From Antedon mediterranea (lineage: Eukaryota; Animalia; Echinodermata), in NCBI RefSeq assembly GCF_964355755.1, contig NC_092680.1, positions 15,633,045 to 15,697,044 on the forward strand: 64,000 nucleotides of DNA, written 5' to 3'. How positions within the stretch are numbered: position 1 is the stretch's first letter; the number at the start of each line of letters is the position of its first letter. Both the position numbers and the translations under genes were made by a program. This document shows, piece by piece, positions 14,535 to 35,093 of this stretch. The notes beneath the pieces were generated by a model. That model worked only from the letters and a program-made list of their open reading frames with translations. It did no database searches and was not told where the DNA came from.

Positions 14535-14815
14535 TCAATCCACTTCTCGTAAGCGACCAACTTTCTGAAATAACCACACATCGTTAGCAACCATCTCTCT
14601 TAAGGGACCGCCTCTCATAATCGACCACCTCCAGTAACGACCACCTCTTGTACAGTAAATGACTCCCTCTATTGAACGACCACTATCCCTCATAAGGGAC
14701 CGCTTCTCATAATCGACCACCTCTTTTAACGACCACACCACTCCTAAGTGACCAGTACCTCTTTTAGAGGACCACCTCCTCTCGTAATGGTTCCGCTTTT
14801 CATAATCGACCGCTT
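14535..14815. repeat. MITE-like end with reiterated CGACCACCTCT subterminal motifs
   Basis: Starts cagtcaatcc; repeated gaccacct/gaccgc motifs at ~20-40 bp spacing. Confidence 0.55.
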
Positions 14816-15531
14816 TTTCTAATCTAATAATGTGTTAAAAGGGTGTTATGAAGCCACTGATTGGAATATGTTTATGGATTCTTCGGAAACTTTAAATGAG
14901 GCTACGTACTGTAGCAATTGTTGAATAAATAAAATTCTGTCAAAATCTGATCTTGCCTAAAAAGAAAATTAGAATATTTAATAATAATAAGCCTTGGCTC
15001 ACAAAAGATGTAAGGAAGGAATTACTCAATTGTTTTTTATTTACACAAATATGTTATGCCTACAAAGGTACCGGCATCAACTATAAAGAAGATAAAATAC
15101 ATTAAACTTTAAGAAAAAATGACGATATAGCCAAACAAAATTAAGTTTTAATAATAGTTTACAAAGTAAATTAATGAAGTTACTGACAATTATAAACGAC
15201 TGATCACGAATCACACAGAATACACAATATTATTTCGACAGATGATGAGGAATATCTATAACAATAATATAACAACGTATTGAAAGAAAATAAGGCCATA
15301 TGGCTGCATTCGCGTGCTCAAGTTAGTGTTTACCGACCGACAGACATAGTGAGCTGTAGAGTCGCGTTGTACGCACGCGGCTAAAAACAGTAAAACTTTT
15401 TTTGTCTAATTTTGAAAATTACTTTTTGTTTCATTTGAATATTCAACAATATGGCTCCACTGTGAAATTGAGTAATTATTTTCTTCTGTAAATTGAAATT
15501 GTTGAATGTTCAAATGAAACAAAAAGTAATT

Positions 15532-15593
15532 TTCCTTCTCTGTGGTGTCACACTATAGAATATATTCTATAGTGTGACACCACAGAGAAGGAA
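15532..15593. repeat. Perfect 62-bp spacerless palindrome, abutting a second inverted repeat at ~15415-15533
   Basis: ttccttctctgtggtgtcacactatagaata|tattctatagtgtgacaccacagagaaggaa. Confidence 0.95.
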
Positions 15594-16749
15594 CATTTTA
15601 CTTCTAGAAAGTGTAGACTCGGAGAATGGTTCTCGGAATGATAATGACTCGGGTAAAACGTTTTAGAAGGACATTCTCCTGGACGATTTCGGGTGGGTTA
15701 CCATTATTGAAATGCTTTTGATATTCGTAAAACTAAACCCACTCATTAACCTGTTTCACACTGTCTTAGATTATAAATAGCGTTTTACGTATAGTGTTTA
15801 TTGCATAGATATGAAAAGTCGTAAAAAAGAATAACAAATGCTTGGTAATTGTAGATAACAGTGCGATGAAATCTACTAAAAATAGTAGGCCTATAGTTGT
15901 GTTAAAGTAATACAATATTTTGTGTATAAATGAGGATGGGCGTTTATTAGATGGTATTTGGATGAGAGGGGGGGGGGGGGTAGTGGCGATAATTATTTTA
16001 ATTGATGTTTTATTGGGGAGGTGTTCCGGGCGTTTATTCAAATAAATACTAATTGGTATAATTAATACATTATTCCGCGACACAGTGAGCCGTTTTGGCC
16101 TAAGAAGGAAGACGGCTTGCAACATGGGCAAAAGTATCCCAGGGTCTTAACGGGACGCGATAACGGGACACAGCGCAAACATAAAGTCCTGGCAGCTGAC
16201 CGTCTACAACTCGGCTATCGGGGTTTCATTCATTTCAAACAAAAGCTCTTATCATCAGTTCTCTCGATGTAAACGGTAATTTTATATAATTATTTCCCAC
16301 AATTTACTCCTATGTTTTATGAATATATTTAATTCTTTTATGTACTATATCTTCACACGCGCGGTCTGAAAATAAAAATAAAAAATGGCTATCGCCAAGC
16401 ACCAACGGCCAACTTAGTTGAAACAGGGAGTTGTTTTACAACTCCCTGGTTGAAACCACGCTTTTACTGTGAACCCGGAAATTACTTCTAACGCACGTAG
16501 AGTTAAAAATTACCGATTGAAATCAGTATTTTTTTTATAAAACCCTTTATTTAAAACTAAAAATATGGAACAATATCGTAATAGTGGAAACTAATTTTAT
16601 AAAATCTATGTTTCGCGATACATCTGAGATAGATAAGGTAGGTAACCTAGGCGGAGATTAGTACCGAAGTTTTTCCATTGTGCTCGCCTATGTCAGTATT
16701 AACCATAATTTATATATAGATTCCATATTACGATATATAAGACTAGCAT

Positions 16750-16946
16750 TTGGTCCGTTATGGTTCATTTCACAAGAAAATTGATTTTATAATTCTTCGT
16801 ACAATAGGCTATAAAAAGATCAAGTGTGTTTACCAATCATTTTGCGTTCCACATAATGAACCGATCAATTGTGTTTCCGCAGTCATTGGGTAAACGCTGT
16901 GTTCATGAGGCCAATATATTATGTCTGTAACGCTTTACTGGTAAGT
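16750..16946 (+). promoter_or_regulatory. Putative TATA promoter and non-coding exon 1 serving the cGLR and/or Src copy A
   Basis: TATAAAA at 16810 and a strong donor ACTG|GTAAGT at 16940/41. The block is homologous to 34210-34404 upstream of Src copy B. Confidence 0.65.
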
Positions 16947-17259
16947 CTGTATCACATAAACGATTTTATCTATATTTTAGAATGAATGAATTATATTCTA
17001 CTGTTGTTCATTCATATACATAGACTGTAAGAATGAACGTCATGTTTATGGTAGGCCTATAAACACGATTTTCGTGCAACCAAGCCATTTTGCATAGCCT
17101 AGATGACAAACGTCGTGGTTAGCCTACTGAGATTTAAAACAAAATAAATTCTTTAAATCCATCCAAGGCCTACAGTGATGTAAGATAATCTTTGTTCAAA
17201 AATATGTTCTTATACGACCCCTTCATTCAGAATTACACTTCTAAAATTAACATAGTGTC

Positions 17260-17269
17260 GGGAAATCCC
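17260..17269 (+). promoter_or_regulatory. NF-kB consensus site GGGAAATCCC; its paralogue GGAAAACCCC is at 34866-34875
   Basis: Both fit GGGRNWYYCC (the second on the minus strand) and occupy the same position in homologous intron-1 blocks (17250-17490 vs 34860-35075). Confidence 0.45.
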
Positions 17270-17968
17270 TTAGAAAACGCATTGTTATTTATTGTTATTT
17301 GGTTGTTTTGTTTAATACGCTTTGCTGATCACGACGTTTGTCATGTCTGTATGATGGCTTCCGTAGCACGTAAATCGTGTTTTTTCAAAGTTCACTATAT
17401 ACTGTATTATAGGCCTATAGTATACATTGTAGCAGGAATAGAGTCACTATAACAGTTATGATATTAGGCTATGCACAATATAACGTGAACTAGTCTATTT
17501 ATATCTCGTTTACATTAGCTTGCAAATTGTTCAGAAGATTATATAATTATATGTCTATTTGATCTAATGAATTTGTTTTTTTTTTCCAAAAGTGACTGGA
17601 AACATTCTTATTGAATTATTACACTGCGCAGGGTACGTAAACGTAATTAAGGATTCCACCATAGATACCATACGAAGACCATCAATTGCTTTATGGTAAG
17701 GGAAACTAACCAGCAAATCTAAGTTAGGCTTACTGCTCCAAATTTAGTAGTTGTATCAGGGAGTTAACTCCCTGGTTGTATTAATTTCTTTTTTGTAAAT
17801 AACATGCGCATTTAATTATATGCGTACCCTGACGTGATTTTAGTTTAGGTATTATCACACAAATTCATTTCAGTGTTCAGGACTGCACGTGTTTCCAGGA
17901 ATAAAATGAACCAGTCCATTTACTCCAATTTATTTATTTGCAGGTCAAATGCATCAGCCTAAACCGGA

Positions 17969-19936
17969 ATGACGCATCAGCTACGTGCGTTCCTACGGGA
18001 GTGTAAGGCCAGTTCTTATAAATGGCCTAACGGCTTTAATTCTGCAATTTTCGAAGCGAGTAGTATGCTTAAAAGAAATCGCAAACTTGAGCAAGCCATC
18101 TGTGATATAGATGACACGATTATTAACTACTACATTCAGTGTATAGATAATATGGACAGATTATTTGTTTCTATAGGAAGTACACCGGAGGGAATATCAT
18201 TAGCGTCATCAGATAGAGACGTTATGTTCCTTTCATTAAAATTGGCAGCTACAGAGCGTAACGTTCATCGCAGTGAAAAGGGAATTTTACAGATTGAGTA
18301 CACCACCAAACCGGGTTATGTTAGACTGCGAGTTCCCTTAGCCACAGCTAGATCATACGGCATGATCCCCGGTCATGTGCACGTGGAAAAACGACGACTG
18401 TACTTGAAGAACGATGCGTGGAAAGAAGGAATTCTGAATAATGAAGAAAATCCTGACATATCGGAAGTTCACGGACCGGCTCTAACAAATGAAACCGGTT
18501 TGCAAGACACTGTCCACGGAATCCACTGTGCTCAATGGCCAAGTTGCGCTAAAGGTTTTCAACGAAGAAAACGTGCAATTTCCAAGTGGCCATCGTCGAA
18601 AGTCATGCGAAGTATTATGCAGAAGGGTTGTTGTTTGGTGCCGGTGGGTCATCCAATGCATCACCAGGAAAACCAGCTGTGGAGAGTGTCATTCAACATG
18701 GCTGAACAGGAGTTACTTCGTAGTTTCAATGACACCCAGGTCTTTTGCTGTTTTATGTTAAAGATGGTGCTTCGTTATCATTTTCCAGAGGAAACTGTGC
18801 TGTGTTCTTATTGGTGCAAGACCGTCATGCTGTGGCTTGTTCAGAATACAGAACGTCGTTGCTGGATCAGAAAACATTTTATTAGAAACCTTCACAAAGC
18901 TCTGTATTTGCTGCATCGTTTTATGGAACACCATTATTTACCAATGTTTTTTCTCCCAGAGAACAACCTCATTTCTCACAAGGACAGACATGCTTGCCTT
19001 CGTGTTGCCAAAAGCCTCGAAGATATGCTGCATGTTTCAACCTTCGTTCGCGCAGTGCTAGACTGCTTAACTTACTCGACCATTTCAGGGGTGACCACTG
19101 ACGAGTGTCCAAATAACAGCAACGGAGTGTCTTTTCAAGTAGACGAGTCACAGAATCAAACTAATGTAAAGTCTTTCCTTGATTTTATGCAATTGCACTG
19201 GCAGAAAGATCACATTTTGCCACATCGTCATTGTGGTGTGGCAGAAGAAGCTCAACTCCTTGCTACCTTCTTGGAGGTGTATGAAGAAGATAACCCCCGC
19301 GCCATCGAGTACACACAATCAATGATACGAGAATCCGATGATGACTTCTTAAAGAAATTTGATGTTCTTCTACAACACAAACTTGCCAAAAGTATGTTAT
19401 TTGATTATCATACGACAAGACTAAGCATGCAGAAAACTGAAGAACTTCTTGAGTCGTCTCGAGTAATAACGTACCCCGTAAGTGGCTACCAAGATCTCAT
19501 TTATGGGACAGTATACTCTTCTTTCTTGCTTTACACTCGATCGAGGGACAGTGAGTCGTTATGCAAACTACAGAGCATAGAAAAAGATCTTGTCGAGGCA
19601 CAGACCGATTCCTTCAAAATAATTTCCATTGCTCTGTCTGATATTCAAAAGTGTCTTCTAGAACGAGATAAAGTTTTACGTAGTTTAATCGACAGTATGG
19701 CGCTGACAAAAACAAAAACTTACATAAACAGCGTGGCGTTTGCATTTTATTTAATGTTGAGGCTTTCTGCTAAGCTTCAGCGAAACACGCGCGCTCCACT
19801 AGTGCGCCGCTACGTTAGACTGTTCCGAGGATTTGAAAAATATTTGCACAATCTTCCTAGAGAGCAACTGGACGTGTACCATTTCTTGTTGGAATACATA
19901 AATGTTGAAATGCTGACTGACGGAAATTTCCAGTAA
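17969..19936 (+). CDS. cGAS-like receptor (cGLR)/Mab21-family nucleotidyltransferase, 655 aa, single coding exon
   Basis: Signature IGSTPEGISLASSDRDVM (hGS...DxD), PGYVRL, GPA...QDTV (third acidic residue), C..WP, GCCLVPVG, WRVSFNMAEQELL, SYWCKTVMLW, LPMFFLPENNL, then a helical C-terminal extension. Acceptor TTTGCAG at 17943. Confidence 0.9.
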   Translation: MTHQLRAFLRECKASSYKWPNGFNSAIFEASSMLKRNRKLEQAICDIDDTIINYYIQCIDNMDRLFVSIGSTPEGISLASSDRDVMFLSLKLAATERNVHRSEKGILQIEYTTKPGYVRLRVPLATARSYGMIPGHVHVEKRRLYLKNDAWKEGILNNEENPDISEVHGPALTNETGLQDTVHGIHCAQWPSCAKGFQRRKRAISKWPSSKVMRSIMQKGCCLVPVGHPMHHQENQLWRVSFNMAEQELLRSFNDTQVFCCFMLKMVLRYHFPEETVLCSYWCKTVMLWLVQNTERRCWIRKHFIRNLHKALYLLHRFMEHHYLPMFFLPENNLISHKDRHACLRVAKSLEDMLHVSTFVRAVLDCLTYSTISGVTTDECPNNSNGVSFQVDESQNQTNVKSFLDFMQLHWQKDHILPHRHCGVAEEAQLLATFLEVYEEDNPRAIEYTQSMIRESDDDFLKKFDVLLQHKLAKSMLFDYHTTRLSMQKTEELLESSRVITYPVSGYQDLIYGTVYSSFLLYTRSRDSESLCKLQSIEKDLVEAQTDSFKIISIALSDIQKCLLERDKVLRSLIDSMALTKTKTYINSVAFAFYLMLRLSAKLQRNTRAPLVRRYVRLFRGFEKYLHNLPREQLDVYHFLLEYINVEMLTDGNFQ

Positions 19937-21221
19937 AAAAACATTTGGTTTAGGCCTATAATAGTCGTTTTTTTTGTAGCGATATCATCATGTTATAAAA
20001 GATCAGCTGTTCCCACTTTGACGCAACGACGTAGGTGCAGCGCAAATACATTGATTTTAAACACAAGTGCTTTTCAGATAAGTATGCTCGCCGATGCGAG
20101 CTATCAGTACAATACAGATAATTTATTTGAATGGAGAGAATATTTCTTTAAAAGTGACGGTTCTATTTAGAAAGGTACATTCGAGTTAAATAAAATTTAA
20201 AAAAACACCTCCTATTGTATTGAGTAAAAGGTTTAGGCCGGATTAACACACCGTCGTTTTTACTGAACATTGTCTTATTTATAGAGATTTTATTTACATA
20301 TTTGGAAAATATAGCTTTTTTCTCTTTTGTGATGTGAACCATCACTTTAATCATGGAGATGCTTTTATTCATTCAATAATAACATATCAATACAATGTAT
20401 CAAAATTATTTATAAACATTCTATATCCTCCATTTTTTCATAATTTTCTTATTATTTCATTTTCTGTTTTGAATGACGAAAGCAATATTAATGAACTGAG
20501 AAGTAGTACATTTTCCATTAATAAAGATTGAGTATTATATGTTTTTAGTTAATTAATTGTGTCATTCGTTATAATCCACAGATCTTTAATATTTACGATA
20601 TATTTACATTCTTGTTATTAGTATTGAAGGCAATGTTCCACTTCCTTTTAAATCTTAATGGCCAAATGGTTGTAGTAATGTTCGAATGGTATATTTCAAA
20701 CACATTCTTGCTATATGATTCTTAATTATATTTATCGAATCTTTTGGAATGGCATCAACTATGGAAGCTTATTCTATGAGTACAAAAGTAGCATTGATAT
20801 TTTATTTACATTGATATTATTATGCCAAGAGTGCATGCAGGAAAAAAAACATGTTCGTACCAAATATTAAGCCAAAGTAATGATACAGTAACACACCGGG
20901 TTGACATTGAAAATAAAACATGTTGTTACAAAGTGTGACGTAACAACATTCCTTTTATAACCTAAATAATTTCTAAATCGTGATTAGTTCTTTATTTCTT
21001 CCAATCCACAATAATGGCATTTGTTTTACTTTTGTTAGGGCTCATACCAGATACTTTATACAAGAGAAAATGTCACCCGCTAATGGAAAGAGGTGTTTTG
21101 GTGTCTATCCACCTTTTTCTCATTTGTTCACAACTTTAAATTTAACTATTAGTATTATGGTACAGCTGTAGCATCCATTGCATTTTTGTTTCTCTCTCAT
21201 TTAGGCTCACAGACTACTATT

Positions 21222-29603
<8,382 letters not shown>

Positions 29604-29613
<10 letters not shown>

Positions 29614-29973
29614 ACTAGTATTCTATGGTAAATAAACATTGTTTGGTGTTCAGGATATGATGTAGGCCTACCCGTCATTCTGTATAGCTTTTGTTCATGT
29701 TTCTCTCTTCATCAGTAATAATATTTAAATCGTCTTTGTTATTAAGTTTAATTAAAGTTTAATTAAAACGTACAGAGTTGATGATTAATGGTAATAGAAT
29801 AAACTAGTATTCTATAGTAAATAAACATTGTTTGGTGTTCAGGATATGATGTAGGCCTACCCGTCATTCTGTATAGCTTTTGTTCATGTTTCTCTCTTCA
29901 TCAGTAATAATATTTAAATCGTCTTTATTATTAAGTTTAATTTGTAACGTACAGAGTTGATGATTAATGGTAA
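29604..29973. repeat. Tandem duplication (~185 bp x2) beginning at the Src copy A stop codon
   Basis: atagaataaactagtattctat...gatgattaatggta repeated almost identically. Confidence 0.9.
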
Positions 29974-30324
29974 TTTACTGGACTACCTACAAGTTTAATA
30001 TAACCGTAGGCATATGTTTACACTCCTATGAGTAGTTTTTGCTAGTTTTACATATTGAATGATTTCTTTCGTGAAATATGTTATTAAATATGATCGCATT
30101 TTTAAAGTCAATGATTCGTCACAAAGAGTAGTTTGTTAATTTCATCATGGATAATCTCGCCTCTACTGCTTGTGTTTCTCTTCTTCAGCTAATGAATAAT
30201 TATTAAAGTGAAGCAGATTTGATATTTAAATATCGATACCTGAATCTATTTTCTAAAATCTTTTTTTTTACGTAAACAAAAATGGAATGTGTATTTGTTT
30301 TTTTATCATTGGTTTTATGTATTT

Positions 30325-30810
30325 CGTTTATTTTTAGGGTGTGGTTCTGTTATATTTAACTCTGTTATGTTCTGCTTTGTGATAAAAACTAAGTCTGTAT
30401 TTTAAGGAGAATCTGAACGAAGACAAAACGGTATTATATTATGTTGTAATTGAAATTGTTTAATATTGTGCTATGATAAGGGGGTTTCTTAAAAGCGATA
30501 TTTGCTAAAGGCTTGTAAACAATTCTTATGTTTGTACATATCCAGTCTCATAAGATGTTCAGCCAAAAAATTTATTCAAATAATGTACTTTTTCAGGTGA
30601 GGAATACCTACCATTTGTTGAGATGCCTGACCTGCGTAACATAGCGTTGGTCGGAGTAGACAGCGATCCCGGAATTTACCGGGAACTAGTGAAAGGCAAG
30701 GGATCAATACCTCAAGTAAGACACATCAAACAGGACACTCCAGTTAAGCCATGTGGTAAATCAGCGTTTAAAAATCTGTCTAGGATCAAACAAAAATAGT
30801 GCAATAATTT
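30325..30810 (+). pseudogene. Decayed duplicate of the last two FAM221B exons
   Basis: 30338-30432 matches exon 5 with deletions (aaggagaatctgaacgaagacaaaa). 30597-30790 matches the last exon (GEEYLPFVEMPDLRNIALVGVDSDPGIYRELVKGKGSIPQ) with a frameshifted end. Confidence 0.9.
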
Positions 30811-31113
30811 TTTATATAATATTTATAATATGAATGATTATATTATTTTTACCTGAAAAAAGGGTCTCTGGATCCGTATATGAGATTTTAACACAATTTT
30901 CCGAGTAGAACTTAACATCTTTATTATCCTATTTTTGCAAATAAATACATATTAATAATTGGTATTTAAATTCATAGATAGGATCACTTTTGCCTACAGT
31001 AGTTTTTTTTTCATCGCACGCTCATTTCATGGAGGCTAGGAAAACACTCCACTGAATATTATAACCATACAGAAATTAAACAGAAATATTTCTTACAAGC
31101 CCGCCGTTTGTCT

Positions 31114-31160
31114 TATACCCCTTTCACACCAAAAGCAAAACTCCGGAGACACTCCGGAGT
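31114..31160. mobile_element. Tiny palindromic MITE (PIF/Harbinger-like)
   Basis: atacccctttcacaccaaaa...ttttggtgtgaaaggggtat inverted termini (element extends to ~31180). Confidence 0.55.
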
Positions 31161-31573
31161 TTTGGTGTGAAAGGGGTATTATTGTCAATTGTGAATTTGT
31201 TTTTTGTCATTAAATTATGTTTTTTTGAATTGATATTCTATTTATTAATTTAAAGATGCATTGTCCCCCAAAAACATGAAAAAGAATAATTAAATCAGAT
31301 TTTTGAATAGGTTATTTTCTAGTTTAAATAAAGTGAATCACTTCCGTAGAAAAGAAAACGTAAGATATATTATGAAATGCTCTATAATTTCACTTTTTAC
31401 AAATACCAGAAAAAATCAACAAAAATGGATATAGATAAAACTCGTTATAATTTATTCCACGAGATAAATAAATATATACATATATATAATATTATATTCG
31501 GTTAAACATTGACTGAAATATCTGGGTAAAGCTGATACTTTGAAAGTGTAAAAGTGTGCTTCAAATGATAAAT

Positions 31574-33295
31574 TTAAAGATCATAATGTTCTTCCGGTGC
31601 AAAGTAAGTGTTGTCTTTTTCTACTTCAACTTCCAAATCCAACCTCTCTTGTTCAAGCCTATCTCGTTTCCTGTACCTGACAGCCCTCTGATGCTGGTTT
31701 GTGGCCATACAAGTAATTATCTGCCTGTGCTCTTTCTTCATCATCACTAGTCTACAGGTTTCTTCCTTCTCCTTAAGTACTTTCTGTGCATTTTCTCTGA
31801 TTGTATCGTCAATGCGATCAAATCTTTTTCTGACATCCTCAATATTCACTTTCTTTGTCTTTTGAAGAAGTTGGTTCTAATATGAAAACAATACACAATG
31901 ATAGAAATTTAAACCTATTCTGCATTCTTTGACTGAAAATCTCCTTTATTATTACAGTATTGTTGAATAGGCCTACAGTCACTTTTAGTAAAATGAAAAA
32001 CCAGAACAAAACTACATACTTGTCTTCTCTCTTCGGCTGCGATTTGTTTCGCTTGGTTTTGCATCTCTTGGAACTCTCGATTTTCCGAAAGTGTCTGTTG
32101 GAATGCTGTGGTCTTTCGTACTTTGAGTGATTGCTTTCTTTTACGAAAAAACTCCTAAAATTACAACAATTTGTCTGTTATTATAGTAGGGTGTAGTATA
32201 AAGGAGATATTAAGAGTGAAGACATTGATGACTCTGCATGTTGACCGTCGTCATTTTGATTAAAAGGAAGATAATGATAATGACGACAGTGATGATAAAG
32301 AGTATGGCAATTATTATTCTAGCGTATTAATATTGGTTGACAGTATTCTTACTTCGCGTCTCTTTTCGGCTGCTGTTAGCTTCCATGTAAGATTAGTTTC
32401 TCTTCCATTGTTCTCGTCGTCTGTTTGTCGCTCGAGTCTGGACAATGACCGTGGCATCTCTAATACAGGTTTGACTTTATCCAAAATGTCAAAGGAGCAT
32501 CCATTTTGTCCAGGTCTAGGGTTAACGATGACACCAGACATTCTTAGCTCCTCTAAGATCTGGAAAGTGCTCTTGTCTGTAAGAGTCGGCATACTTCGGT
32601 TACCAATAGGTGGAAGTCGACGAGTTGGAACAATGTTTGCTAAAAGTAAGAAAAAAAGAAATTTGCTTATTTGTCTGTTTACAATAATTGTAATCATATT
32701 AATATCATTATTCATTTTTTCAATTTATTCTTTTTTTTAATAATTGTTAGCATTATTATCTTCCTCGTGTCTTACCAGTTGAGTTTCCATCCTTTAATCT
32801 TAATAGTTCGGTATTCACTCTTTCGTCATGGCTCATCAAAGATGCATGATCAGATAGATTGGTTTCTGAATCATTCTGAAAAGAAAAAAGAAATGTAAAT
32901 GAACATTAATTAAGAAAAACTAAGAGAAAAATAATAACGGCGCCTTGGTATATTCGGTGGACAAGATTTACGTAAGCCTCTCGACAAAACAAAAAGTTGG
33001 TACGAATAAATTAGGCCTAGGCCTATATTTTTTTTATATTTTGGCATACAGCTAACAAAATTTAACAGCAATGTATATGTATGGTAAAGTGCACATGCAC
33101 GTTACGTGACAATAGCCAAATATACAAAATACAAAAATATACCTCTGGCATGACGCCCACTTTGCTTGATCTTCGTCGTAAAAACCTAAAAATTCGATTT
33201 ACTTTGTTGCGTTCTTTCACTTCTTTCCTTGTTTGATGATTTTTATCATCTTTTGCGTCAGGTTTGACTTTAATTTTAGAATAACACGATCCCAT
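31574..33295 (-). CDS. STMND1: Stathmin domain-containing protein 1-like, N-myristoylated (MGSC), ~325 aa
   Basis: Exons 33295-33143, 32875-32776, 32639-32353, 32154-32020, 31876-31574 (978 nt, in phase). Motif STFQILEELRMSGVI...GCSFDI...PRSLSRL...KLTAAEKRRE plus a coiled-coil tail. Confidence 0.72.
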
Positions 33296-33397
33296 AATTA
33301 CTAGTAATTTCGTAGTTTAATTTCAAATAGTCACTGAGAAATTGTGAAGGTACTTGTCTTAGCAAAGGCAAAGACAGAATGTTATTGTTGACATGGT

Positions 33398-33410
33398 GTT
33401 GTTTGGCAAC
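33398..33410. promoter_or_regulatory. RFX X-box-like motif ~100 bp upstream of the STMND1-like ATG
   Basis: GTTGTTTGGCAAC. A similar GTTGCTAAGCAA lies at ~7445 and GTTAGCATGACTAC at ~8912, both upstream of FAM221B. Confidence 0.4.
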
Positions 33411-34209
33411 TCGTTGGTACGAGCAACGAATTTACGCAATACGCGGAAACTACGCGACGCACATGCAATTCTACGACACTGATGATATGGGCCCTACTTG
33501 TTTTTATATATAAATTCTGTCTTAATGTATTTATTTAAACAAATTAATTAATTAAAGCTAATTTTGTTTGATTTTTTTGTTCATTTTTTCAGTTAATGCA
33601 TTACATCATTTACAATGAATCATCTTGTTTGTAGCTAACGTCTGAGACAACTTAACACCACGTGCAATATGCACCTGGTAAGTTGATACTTGGTAAGTTG
33701 CTACTTCTTCTTCAAACGTGCTGCCTGTCGTGGATACACCTGGAATCGAATCATTAAAATACATCACCAGATAGTAGCAAATAGTTGTTAGGCAGTTTTT
33801 ATTAATTTTCGTCATTAAATAATTTTTTTTAATTGATATTCTATTTTTTAATTTAAGAAATAATGATGTTTTTATAATTTTATTTGTTTTACAATCAGTA
33901 TGCCTAGTACAAATGTAGTGTAACGTATAGTACGAAATGCTCCATTCAATTTAATCATAAAGCAGGGTCTATCGGATGTCGTCTATGCACACCAGGATAT
34001 ACACACACTAATTCGCCAAAACTATTACCACAGAAGAAGGATTTGACCATTATTACAAACAATTATAAACAATAAGCTAGCGCATGGTAACTGTTTCATA
34101 ATGATTCCTGAAAATAACTTCCTAAAGGTCGGAGCGACGCGAAAACATATCATTTCTGTTTACATCCTCTATAACATGATGTACTGCGCTACCAACGTTT
34201 TAGATCCTG

Positions 34210-34404
34210 TTGGTTCGTTATGGTTAATTTCACACGAAAAGGTTATTATATTCTTCTCGTATGCAATAGCCTATAAAAAGACCAAAGTGTGTTTACTCGT
34301 CAATTGTGTTTCTATTCCGCATAACCGATCAATTGTGTTTCCGCATATTGATAAACGTCGTAGGCCTACACTGTTGTTTACACTCTAAAGCAATACTGGT
34401 AAGT
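34210..34404 (+). promoter_or_regulatory. Putative TATA promoter and non-coding exon 1 of Src copy B
   Basis: TATAAAA at 34272, donor ACTG|GTAAGT at 34398/99, acceptor at 35981; homologous to 16750-16946. Confidence 0.65.
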
Positions 34405-34624
34405 TAATCTGACATAAATAATTGATTTTTTATAATATATTTTTAGAATGATATATGAATATTTATTATATTATAAGTTGTCTTTCACTACAGTATATCC
34501 CGTTTTAAATGTGGGTCTGTAAACACTTAATTAACATGGTATCCGGAAAGCGATTTTATTTTTCGTACATAAGTTGGGGACCCCTTATGTGAAACCAAAC
34601 TATACTTCCTCACTATAAAGTAGA

Positions 34625-34700
34625 AAGAAGTTCATGGAATTCGAACCCCATCATTCGACATGTAAAGTCCATAGTCTAATCCATTCGACTAAACAGACGG
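34625..34700 (-). mobile_element. tRNA-like SINE head fragment
   Basis: Minus-strand TAGTCGAATGG (A box) and GGTTCGAATTCC (B box); no complete cloverleaf. Confidence 0.5.
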
Positions 34701-35093
34701 CTGGACAGAAAGCGTTTGCATTATATTGAAGAATTGTTGTTAGATCAATTCTTAAGTCACATCTTATGGATATGACTAATGAATATTCATGTTTATTTTG
34801 TGACGTTTTATGTGGGGTCATGCCGACTTATGTACGAAAAGAAATACAGTATCCGTATCGCGTCCGGAAAACCCCCTTAAAACGCTATGTTATTTTGTTT
34901 GTTTGGTTTACGGTAGGTTACGGTGATCACGACCTTGTCATCTTTGAAGATGGCTTTCGTAGTACACAATTATGTATTTTTAAACTTAACTATAGGCCTA
35001 TTAATTCGAGCTGGTGAATAAGGAATAGAGTCACGTATTGTAATATTAGTCTAAATTCCTATGTAAATACGTGAAAATGAAGAAACGAGAATT

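Noticed and set aside
34625-34700. Functional tRNA gene
   Set aside because: A and B boxes are present but the acceptor stem does not pair; the same applies to the SINE head at ~27730-27805
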